DNA of 64,000 nt from NCBI GenBank assembly GCA_045615365.1, contig JAZLEQ010000007.1, positions 1,029 through 65,028 of the forward strand. The letters run 5' to 3'. The DNA is from Alphaproteobacteria bacterium (GTDB lineage Bacteria; Pseudomonadota; Alphaproteobacteria; RF32; CAG-239). Below the pieces are notes generated by a model. That model had not been told where the DNA came from, searched no databases, and was given only the letters and a program-made list of their open reading frames with translations. Made by a program: the position numbers and the translations under genes. Below, one piece after another: positions 48,556-56,807 of the stretch (its first letter is position 1; each line of letters begins with the position of its first letter).

Positions 48556-48816
48556 GCACCCGAGTGGTGCGGGGGTTTCATCGCCTCTTACTACATTCGG
48601 TGTTAGGGTATAACATCGTCATATTGTTATCTGTAATTATAGGTAACAATAGATATATCCCCAATTCATAGTGATATGGTTGGGGAGCCTTTAATGTATG
48701 TTCAGGAACCATATTTCTATCTCTGAAAAAATATGGGTCTAAAGATTAAGGGAATCATTTAATGTAGTATGATTGATGAACTCTCCGACCACCTTATAAA
48801 AGGTGGTTTAGTTTTT
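48556..48816 (+). ncRNA. Candidate multi-branch structured RNA of unknown family
   Basis: At least 8 helices found by eye, including long-range closing stems; mismatches are mostly G-U on the plus strand; GNRA loop. Confidence 0.6.
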
Positions 48817-48835
48817 GATATATGTAATGGAGGGT

Positions 48836-49978
48836 ATGATGAGTAATATTTTTGATGAAATATCTACAAGAATAGAAACTGAACCTTTGCATTCTTTTTT
48901 TGCAGAGGATGTGGCACGAGCAATGGACCAACATTTCTATGATAGAGATATACATAGAGGTTTACATAATAGTGAAGAACTACGAGAACCTGAAAAAGCA
49001 TATGGTGTAATTCTTAAATTTATGGATAAATGTAATATAACAAGTCTAAAAGACCAAGATAGCTCTTGTTATGGTAAAGTTGCAATATCATCCTATTTAG
49101 CCAGAGCCTGTGCTACAATACCAGCAGAATCCCCTGAAATGGCTGCTAAATTAATTAAAACTACAAGTGAGTTATTTGAAATGAGAAGTGATGGTGCTAT
49201 TGCTCAATTTCAATTAGATACATTTGCTAAACAAGGAAAATATTTAGGTGATAAAAAAGTTGCTGAAGCTTATTTAGATGCAACATCAAAAAGTTTTTCT
49301 AAACTTGATACTCCATATGATTCTTGTGTATCTGCATTAGAAAAATATAAAAGTATCGTTGCAGACCATCCGGAAATGGCAGCAAAAGTTTTAGATACAG
49401 TATCAATGCTACAAGATAGATTTGCGGATAATCCATATTATAAAGAAGCTACCAATGATATATTAAAAGCAATTGCAGATAATCCGAGAATTGATACTAA
49501 TACAAGAAATTCAAGTAAGGATAGATTACCTAATTTAGAAACACCTCAACCAATGGCTCATAATGGTTTACAGATGGCAAGAACAGAACCTCAAAGCAAT
49601 AAAAGTGAAAATAAAACTACCACAAAACCATCTGTCAAAGATAAAGCAAAAGATTTTATTAAAACATCAAAATCTTATACCGGTGGTAAAAACTTGTTTT
49701 CAAAATTAAAAGAAAAAATGGAAACATTTGCTAAAGAAAACCCCAAATTGCTCACAGCAGGTGGTGCTGCTGCAATGTTTGCAGGAATTGGCTCTATGAA
49801 TCCTCAATTAGCTGCTGCCGGTGCTATTATAATGTCTGCAGGTGTTAAGGCTTGGTCTGACAAGTTAAAAGATATGAGAGGATTAGGAAAATCTAGTAAT
49901 AGTGCTAAAATACAACCCTCAAAACCTTTAACATTAGATTATGCTGTTCATAAAAGTTTGACATCTCGCGAGGTATGA
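48836..49978 (+). CDS. Orphan protein: helical N-terminus, Gly/Ala-rich hydrophobic hairpin
   Basis: GGAGGG RBS before ATG 48836; LLTAGGAAAMFAGIG...AAAGAIIMSAG segment. Confidence 0.75.
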   Translation: MMSNIFDEISTRIETEPLHSFFAEDVARAMDQHFYDRDIHRGLHNSEELREPEKAYGVILKFMDKCNITSLKDQDSSCYGKVAISSYLARACATIPAESPEMAAKLIKTTSELFEMRSDGAIAQFQLDTFAKQGKYLGDKKVAEAYLDATSKSFSKLDTPYDSCVSALEKYKSIVADHPEMAAKVLDTVSMLQDRFADNPYYKEATNDILKAIADNPRIDTNTRNSSKDRLPNLETPQPMAHNGLQMARTEPQSNKSENKTTTKPSVKDKAKDFIKTSKSYTGGKNLFSKLKEKMETFAKENPKLLTAGGAAAMFAGIGSMNPQLAAAGAIIMSAGVKAWSDKLKDMRGLGKSSNSAKIQPSKPLTLDYAVHKSLTSREV

Positions 49979-50328
49979 TAAGTATGATTATATTAGATAA
50001 TTTTGAATTCCATATTAAAAATAATGAATTAGCAATATCCATAGATTGTCCTGTTGCTGAAATTAACAATTTGAGATGGGATACTAAAAATACACTTATT
50101 TTAAGTATGGAAAATGGAACACAATATGCACTAATTAATATTTTACCTAATATTAGGAAAATTTTAGAAAGAATAGAAACAGTAATGATTGTATTTAAAC
50201 AAAAACAAGATATTGTGGATGCATATGATATTGAAATAATTAAAGATACCACCTTAGAGTTTGATGATTTATTTAATGAAGAGGCTATATCTTGTTATAG
50301 AAAAATTGAGGAGTTGAAGAAAGGATAA
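49975..50328 (+). CDS. Small acidic hypothetical protein
   Basis: ATGA-coupled to the upstream gene, TAATG-coupled to the HD gene. Confidence 0.7.
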   Translation: MISMIILDNFEFHIKNNELAISIDCPVAEINNLRWDTKNTLILSMENGTQYALINILPNIRKILERIETVMIVFKQKQDIVDAYDIEIIKDTTLEFDDLFNEEAISCYRKIEELKKG

Positions 50329-50975
50329 TGACACTATCAATTCAAGAAGCTGAAGATATAATCGCCGAAGTAAAATCTCGTGATACTGCTATTGGTAGAG
50401 ATATGTCTCGTTGGTGGATGTATGAAAATCATATCAGAGCAGCTGCAAACATTGCTAAAACCATAGCATCAAAAATAGATGGTATGAATGAAACTAAAGC
50501 ATATATTTGTGGTTTATTGCACGATGTCTGCCGAACTAATGAAAGGCAAGAGGCAAGGTTTCACAGCATTACAGGCTATGAAAAATTGGTTGATAAAGAT
50601 GAAGATGTAGCTCAATCTGTATTGGTTCATATGTTTCCTTGGAATGAAATTCCCCCTTACGAAGAATGTAAAGATATGTTCTTTGGTAACAAGAAAGACT
50701 ATGATTTTATTGTTGAATACACTAAAAATAATTCTCTAAATGATTATGATTTACTAACTCAAATGGCTGATAGCTTATCAAATAAAAATGGAATAGTTAC
50801 ATTGGAGCAAAGAGCAAAAGAATATTCAGAAAGACACGGAGTTGATATTTTATCATCAATGATAGAGCCAAGACATCGTCTTAAATTATATTTTGATAAA
50901 AAGGTTGGTGGAAATATTTATGATTTGATTATAAAAAATAACTCTTATAATTTTAGCATAAATCAAGGAAGATAA
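50328..50975 (+). CDS. HD-domain phosphohydrolase
   Basis: ENH, GLLHD, FHS..GY, LVH, QMADS motifs. Confidence 0.88.
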   Translation: MTLSIQEAEDIIAEVKSRDTAIGRDMSRWWMYENHIRAAANIAKTIASKIDGMNETKAYICGLLHDVCRTNERQEARFHSITGYEKLVDKDEDVAQSVLVHMFPWNEIPPYEECKDMFFGNKKDYDFIVEYTKNNSLNDYDLLTQMADSLSNKNGIVTLEQRAKEYSERHGVDILSSMIEPRHRLKLYFDKKVGGNIYDLIIKNNSYNFSINQGR

Positions 50976-51231
50976 ACACATTTCACTCCTCAATATTAAC
51001 TTTGATGTATTGATATTTTCCGCTAGGGATGTCAGGGCAAATTATACCTATAGGGGTTAATGCTTTGTGCCAACACCACAGGCAGACAAACCTTGATAAT
51101 GAATTAAATAGTTTTTCAATCTTTCTAAACTTTCACTTATAGTTGCTTTCTTTTTTATGGAAGGGAAAAATCCAGTTATTTCAATGACAAAAAACTTCAA
51201 CCTCCTATCAAAAATAGGAGATTGTCAAGAT

Positions 51232-51318
51232 TGGTGCTCCGGAAAGGACTTGAACCTTCATGAGGATTCCCTCACAAGTACCTGAAACTTGCGCGTCTAC
51301 CAATTCCGCCACCGGAGC
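51232..51318 (-). tRNA. tRNA-Leu(CAG)
   Basis: GCTCCGG acceptor, CAAGT-TTCAGGT-ACTTG anticodon arm, long variable arm, GGTTCAAGTCC, CCA. Confidence 0.95.
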
Positions 51319-51327
51319 TTTGTTATC

Positions 51328-52149
51328 TTAGATATTTATACTCATAATTCCGTAAGAATCAAGTAATAAAATTGAACCAAGTATAATTCGATATATTACA
51401 AAGGGCATAAATGTCGATTTTTTCAGCCACCACATAACTATATATATCGCTACTATTGATGAAAGATATGAATAGACAACGCCGTTAAACATCCAGCCTA
51501 TTTCTTGAAAATTGCCGGCTTGCCACACTTCATATCCGGTTAAAACTGTTGCTCCGAATATGGCCGGAATCGATAGCAACATTGAAAACTTTGCTGCTTC
51601 CCTGCGTTCAAGCCCCAAAAAACGAGCAAATGTTATGGTTGCCCCCGAACGTGATGTGCCGGGGATTAGTGCTAAGCATTGTGCACAACCGATAACTATG
51701 GCATCAACAATACCCATATGTTTTATTTGACGAATAGTCATAGAAAATTTGTCGGCAATAAACAAAAGAATTCCGTAACCCAAAATAGTCCAACCGATAA
51801 GCTTGGTATTTCTTAACCATTCCATGCCATGTTGTTTTAGGAAATATCCTGCAATTACTGCCGGAATTGTGCCTATTATTATAAGCCAAAACAACCTTGA
51901 TCCTTCGTTCTTAAAAGATGGAATAAAACGAGTTTTAAAAACTCCTTTGATTATATCCCAAATTGTTTCGGAAAAATATATCATCACAGCCAAAATAGAG
52001 CCAAAATGAACCGCAACATCCAATGCCAAACCTTGGTCGGGAAATGAGGTGAATTTCGACATCAAAATTAAATGCCCCGAAGAACTAACCGGCAAAAATT
52101 CGGTGATTCCCTGCAATAATGATAAATAAAATATTTGAATGTTTGTCAT
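51328..52149 (-). CDS. uppP: Undecaprenyl-diphosphate phosphatase
   Basis: QGITEFLPVSSSGH, PGTSRSGATI. Confidence 0.96.
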   Translation of the reverse strand: MTNIQIFYLSLLQGITEFLPVSSSGHLILMSKFTSFPDQGLALDVAVHFGSILAVMIYFSETIWDIIKGVFKTRFIPSFKNEGSRLFWLIIIGTIPAVIAGYFLKQHGMEWLRNTKLIGWTILGYGILLFIADKFSMTIRQIKHMGIVDAIVIGCAQCLALIPGTSRSGATITFARFLGLERREAAKFSMLLSIPAIFGATVLTGYEVWQAGNFQEIGWMFNGVVYSYLSSIVAIYIVMWWLKKSTFMPFVIYRIILGSILLLDSYGIMSINI

Positions 52150-52571
52150 TGTGCTCTTTCTTTAATCCTCAAAACGCCGGCTAATCTTTTTTTCAATGAT
52201 AAGGGAGATATCGGCTTAATTAAATATTCTTGAATCCCTAAAGTTTTTGCTTCCAGAACGGTTTTTTCCTTGGCATCTACAGTAATAATTATTATAGGGA
52301 CAGATTTATTATTCCCAAGCGTACCGTCTTTAATCTGTTTGGCTATTTCCATACCGGTTTGATCAGGCATTTGATGATCCAACAAAATTACGTGAACTTC
52401 GTTATTTTGCAAAACTTCAACCGTTTCTTCATATGTTGAAGCTTCTTTCGTGTTTTTTATTCCTATTTGATGCAGTGCGGTTTTTACAAATGCTCGTGAA
52501 AACTTATCATCATCAATTATGAGGCAAACAGCTGTATCCCAAGTCAATTGTTTATTTATAACTTCATTCAT
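52146..52571 (-). CDS. Single-domain response regulator (CheY-like)
   Basis: IIDDD, LLDHQMP, IIT, YLIKP. Confidence 0.9.
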   Translation of the reverse strand: MNEVINKQLTWDTAVCLIIDDDKFSRAFVKTALHQIGIKNTKEASTYEETVEVLQNNEVHVILLDHQMPDQTGMEIAKQIKDGTLGNNKSVPIIIITVDAKEKTVLEAKTLGIQEYLIKPISPLSLKKRLAGVLRIKERAQ

Positions 52572-52633
52572 AAAACACCTCTTTATTTGTATATTTTAGT
52601 AAAAATATATAACTTATTTTATTAAAAATTTGC

Positions 52634-53470
52634 TTACATTTGTGAACATTTTTGCAAATTTTCTTTAATATTAATTAGTGCTTGAGGATTGAACCTTGTG
52701 TTTTCCCAAGAAGCTCCCCAATGCAAATGTGGACCGGTTGCCCTTCCGGTTTTACCGACCGTTCCGATTATATCGCCCTGTTTAACCCTATCTCCGCGTT
52801 CAACATTCATATCTTTCAAGTGAGCATAGATGGTTTGCAATCCGCTTCCGTGGTCAACAACTATGACATTACCCGAATAAAACAAATCGGGATATGCCGT
52901 AACAACTTCTCCATCGGCAGATGCACGAACCTGTGTGCCCTCTTTGGCGGCTATATCAATTCCCTGATGAGGATTTTTAGGAATATTATTCATAATGCGT
53001 TGTCCTCCGAATTTGCCTGAAATACGCCCCTCAACCGGCATTATAAATCCTGATTTCCACCATGTTTCGTTGTTTGAAGTTTTTAAGGCCGTGCGCACGA
53101 CTTCTCGTTCAAGTTCTATGGCGGCAACATCAGAATCGGACGGCGTAACTTTGCGCGGAGGAACTCCTTTGATATTCTGCACATCCCATTTACCGGTTTT
53201 AACATCAAAACTATAGCTGCTTACATAATCATCGGTTGTTGTTATTTGCAAATTTTGTTTGTTTTTTTCGTTTCTGCCAAAAGCCATTAAGAAAAAGCCA
53301 TCAGGTGCAACCGGAATTTCCTTATTGTTAAGCAAGGCGCTCTTTATCGTTTTTTTTGCTTTGGCTACAACGACTTCACCTTGTTCAAATTTGCCGCAAA
53401 CCTCAACAGCAACCGCGGGAAAACATGTTATAACAAAACTAAAAATCAAAAAGATTTGCCTGATATTCAT
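52634..53470 (-). CDS. M23 family metallopeptidase
   Basis: PHQGID, YAH, GRATGPHLHW; signal peptide. Confidence 0.9.
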   Translation of the reverse strand: MNIRQIFLIFSFVITCFPAVAVEVCGKFEQGEVVVAKAKKTIKSALLNNKEIPVAPDGFFLMAFGRNEKNKQNLQITTTDDYVSSYSFDVKTGKWDVQNIKGVPPRKVTPSDSDVAAIELEREVVRTALKTSNNETWWKSGFIMPVEGRISGKFGGQRIMNNIPKNPHQGIDIAAKEGTQVRASADGEVVTAYPDLFYSGNVIVVDHGSGLQTIYAHLKDMNVERGDRVKQGDIIGTVGKTGRATGPHLHWGASWENTRFNPQALINIKENLQKCSQM

Positions 53471-54800
53471 TTGTTTTATTTCCTTTTTTTGAAAATTGTT
53501 TCGGAGATTGAGTTTCTGAAAAAGTTTTTATACTTCCGTCAACAAAGCAAATTTCCATTGAAGACAGACCTTGAGCTTCTGCCTTAGAATAAACAGTATG
53601 ACCTTTTTCATCTTTTATCCAAGCGAAGCCTCTTTTGAGCACAGAATCTAAAGAAACGGATGCAAGTCTGGCATCAAAAGAATCGAGCGAAACCTGTTTT
53701 TTATCGATAATGTTTTTAATATAAAATGGTCTTAATCCGCATAGCTCTATTTTATTTTTTTTGTTTTGAATGTAATTTTGGAAAGCTATATGCAGACGCT
53801 CTGTTCGATCATCAAATTTTTGAGTGGCTTCTTGCAGAATCTGCATTAAATTAGGTATTCCCCTGCTAAGTCCTGATATAATGTTTTGTTTCTCGTTAAA
53901 ATAGCGTATTACCCCGTTTTTCAAACGCATTTCCAAGTTGTTAATTTGAGCTTGCAATTCAGATTTTACGGGGACCGCAAATTCAGCGGCGCCTGTCGGA
54001 GTGGGAGCACGTTTGTCTGCCACATAGTCTATTAACATGGTGTCGGTTTCGTGTCCCACCGCCGAAATAATCGGGATTTGGCTGGCAAAAACCGCCCTGA
54101 TTACACATTCTTCATTAAAAGGCCACAAGTCTTCCAAGCTTCCGCCACCACGGGCAACAATCAAAACATCGGGCTTGTCATAATCTGATATTTCATCGAG
54201 GCGGTTAAAATCTTTGATTGCCTGAGCGATTTTTTCGGCAGCACCTTCGCCTTGAACAGGAGTTGGAATAAGCAAAATATGCGACGGGAATCTATCTCTG
54301 ACGCGATGGATAATATCGCGGATAACCGCACCGGAAGCCGAAGTTACCACGCCGATTGTCTTAGGCAAAAACGGAATGGGCTTTTTGTGAATGGCGTCAA
54401 ACAAGCCCTCTTTGGCAAAGGCTTGCTTGCGTTCTTCCAACAGCTTTAGCAAAGCGCCGGTTCCGGCAACTTCCATTGATTCGATAACCATTTGATAGGA
54501 CGATTTGCCGGCAAAAGTGGTGATTTTTCCGGTTGCGACGACCTCGAGCCCGTCTTCGGGTTTTATAGCCAAATTGGAAGCTACACCGCGCCAAACAACT
54601 GCCGAAAGCGTGGCGTTTTCGTCTTTTAGTGACAAGTACCAATGTCCCGAATCAGCTCGCTTGGCACCAAAAATCTCGCCTTTTACCCTAACACGAGCAA
54701 AAGTTGTTTCGACAAATCGTTTTATTTCAAACGAAATCTCACTGACACTAAATTCGGGTATGTCTTGCGCCTTTGGGCTTTGGGTAAATAAATCTTCCAT
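53439..54800 (-). CDS. xseA: Exodeoxyribonuclease VII large subunit
   Basis: SGHWYLSLKD, ARGGGSLEDLWPFN, SAVGHETD, RAPTPTGAAE. Confidence 0.96.
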   Translation of the reverse strand: MEDLFTQSPKAQDIPEFSVSEISFEIKRFVETTFARVRVKGEIFGAKRADSGHWYLSLKDENATLSAVVWRGVASNLAIKPEDGLEVVATGKITTFAGKSSYQMVIESMEVAGTGALLKLLEERKQAFAKEGLFDAIHKKPIPFLPKTIGVVTSASGAVIRDIIHRVRDRFPSHILLIPTPVQGEGAAEKIAQAIKDFNRLDEISDYDKPDVLIVARGGGSLEDLWPFNEECVIRAVFASQIPIISAVGHETDTMLIDYVADKRAPTPTGAAEFAVPVKSELQAQINNLEMRLKNGVIRYFNEKQNIISGLSRGIPNLMQILQEATQKFDDRTERLHIAFQNYIQNKKNKIELCGLRPFYIKNIIDKKQVSLDSFDARLASVSLDSVLKRGFAWIKDEKGHTVYSKAEAQGLSSMEICFVDGSIKTFSETQSPKQFSKKGNKTNEYQANLFDF

Positions 54801-54897
54801 TTTGTCGCTTATTCTTAAATTTTATTTCTTCTATAATTTTAGGCAAAGCAAAGACAAAAGTTAAGCAAAAAATCTAATCTATACAAAGCTAATTGAT

Positions 54898-54960
54898 GGT
54901 ATGCAAGGTTGTAGCAGAGCAATAAAAAGCCTTGCATACCGCCTTAATTTATGATACAAT
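54898..54960 (+). promoter_or_regulatory. Sigma70-type promoter whose -35 lies in an inverted repeat
   Basis: GGTATGCAAGG/CCTTGCATACC arms; TTGCAT (54932-37)-N17-TACAAT (54955-60). Confidence 0.5.
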
Positions 54961-55002
54961 CAGGTTAAAATAAAAAAACAGAGATTAACAGGGGAAAATG
55001 AG

Positions 55003-56751
55003 ATGAGTGTTATCGGAAAAGATGTGGTCAAAGTGGAGATTGGTGGTAAATACAGATATGAATATCTTGAGGATGGATCTAAAAAATGGAAACATATAGT
55101 AGATGATGAGGATCGCGTTATTGATCCTAATGAAGTAAAAACATATTTTACTGATGATATGGCATTAAAAATAAAAAAAGATGAGCAAGGTAATGAAGTA
55201 TCTTCTGAATATACATTATATAATAGTTGCGTAACAATTGATAAAAACTCAGGTATGTTATGTTTAAGAGTATCTGATGACATTATTTTTGATGATAAAA
55301 ATTTGGAACCAATTAAAGATGGATATACTGCGCCTGTGGATTTAAACGAACAAATGATGGTGGCAGAATATATCAATAATAAATTTCAGGGGTGGTTTGT
55401 TAGAGACAAAGATACGCCTGAAATTACAGGGAGACGTGATGTTAAATATTATTCTAATGGTAAAAAACATTATGACACTATTTATCATAACTTAGGTGCT
55501 GAACGTGGGAAAAATATTTATAAGCAAGATATTTATTATCACGAAAATGGAAATCTTGCAGGAATGGCTATATCATTTTTAAATAAATTGGGTGGTAATA
55601 AAGCAGATCATTTATTTTGGGAAGAAAGATATAATTCCGAAGGTGTTTTAACATATAGAGTAATGGGATGTTACCGTAGAGGAAAGAAAGAGATTCGTTG
55701 TATGGAAGAATATGATGAAACAGGTACAAGATTAATTCGCTCCGCTGAATTTGGCGAAGGAGATCATGTCAGCGCCTGTAAACATATTGATTATGATGAA
55801 GAAGGCAATCCTACTATAATAAGATATAAAAGTATAGATGTAGTGGGCAACGAAAAAATCTTAAGAATTATTGATAATAATGAAAAGACGTATCCGAGCG
55901 GTCAGAAAAAATTTGAGCTGAATGCAGACGGAAGTAAAACAAAATTTTATGAGACAGGAGAAGTATTATCCCAAACAGATAAAGACGGAAAAGAAACGTT
56001 TTATTATAAAGACGGCAAACAACGTATGGTGATTGAAGCCGACGGAACTAAGAATGTAAATTATGACGGCGGACAGTTTTTGCTTATTTCCGGACGACAT
56101 TGTGAAAAAGATGGTAGGGGAAATTTGTCTGAGGAAGGAAAAAAACAAGCAGAAAATATCGGAAAAATTATCGCGTATGCTTCGCAAGGCAAAATATCCG
56201 GATTACCACATGTTATTTTGCCGGAAACATCCAGTTCATCAGGACCGGACCGTGTCATAGAAACCAATAAAATTATCTTAGAAACAATTAACACGACTTT
56301 ACAAGTAGATAATAAATGTGAAAAAGTGAATGATAGATACGCAATTGAAGAATGCAACCATGAAGCAAATGCCGAATTATCTATTCATAGCATGTGTGAA
56401 GGTTATGATACTGCAGATGATAGAATGGGATCAATTGCTTTTTCGGTTGTCGGACGTGACGGTTTTGTGATTGATCGTGTAGTGTTTACGGCTGAGCAAA
56501 TAGCTGAACAGCTTGCAAGGGTTGAGGAGCAAGAAAAACTTAAGCAAGAAACCAAAAGCAAAATTGAAGCATTTAAGGAAGAGACCTTGGCTCAACAAAG
56601 TGAAGATAAGGCCAAATCACGGATCGCTTGGTTGCATAAACTAATAAAGGGTAATGCAACAGAAGAAACTGAGGCCACGCCTCATTCATCTAACAATAGT
56701 AGTGTGATAAACTCTACTATCAGAAATGCTCAGGGAAATGAAGGAAAGTAG
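55003..56751 (+). CDS. Orphan modular protein: MORN/YwqK-like repeats + histidine-phosphatase-like domain
   Basis: Many YYxNG/YDEEG repeats; GRHCE..LSEEGKKQA...SSS..RVIET...NH pattern. Confidence 0.65.
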   Translation: MSVIGKDVVKVEIGGKYRYEYLEDGSKKWKHIVDDEDRVIDPNEVKTYFTDDMALKIKKDEQGNEVSSEYTLYNSCVTIDKNSGMLCLRVSDDIIFDDKNLEPIKDGYTAPVDLNEQMMVAEYINNKFQGWFVRDKDTPEITGRRDVKYYSNGKKHYDTIYHNLGAERGKNIYKQDIYYHENGNLAGMAISFLNKLGGNKADHLFWEERYNSEGVLTYRVMGCYRRGKKEIRCMEEYDETGTRLIRSAEFGEGDHVSACKHIDYDEEGNPTIIRYKSIDVVGNEKILRIIDNNEKTYPSGQKKFELNADGSKTKFYETGEVLSQTDKDGKETFYYKDGKQRMVIEADGTKNVNYDGGQFLLISGRHCEKDGRGNLSEEGKKQAENIGKIIAYASQGKISGLPHVILPETSSSSGPDRVIETNKIILETINTTLQVDNKCEKVNDRYAIEECNHEANAELSIHSMCEGYDTADDRMGSIAFSVVGRDGFVIDRVVFTAEQIAEQLARVEEQEKLKQETKSKIEAFKEETLAQQSEDKAKSRIAWLHKLIKGNATEETEATPHSSNNSSVINSTIRNAQGNEGK

Positions 56752-56772
56752 TTTTTTTATAGATTATAACTT

Positions 56773-56807
56773 AAAAGCCCTCGATTTTTATCGAGGGCTT
56801 TTTTTTA
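56773..56807. terminator. Bidirectional terminator
   Basis: AAAAGCCCTCGAT tttt ATCGAGGGCTTTT. Confidence 0.8.

Noticed and set aside
45576-48816. Retron or DGR (RNase H plus structured RNA plus repeats)
   Set aside because: No reverse transcriptase in the window, and repeat mismatches are not adenine-specific
41760-51231. Second att copy of the tRNA-Leu 3' end delimiting an island
   Set aside because: No TGGTGCTCCGG-like duplicate found by eye and no integrase nearby; the islet boundary is unresolved
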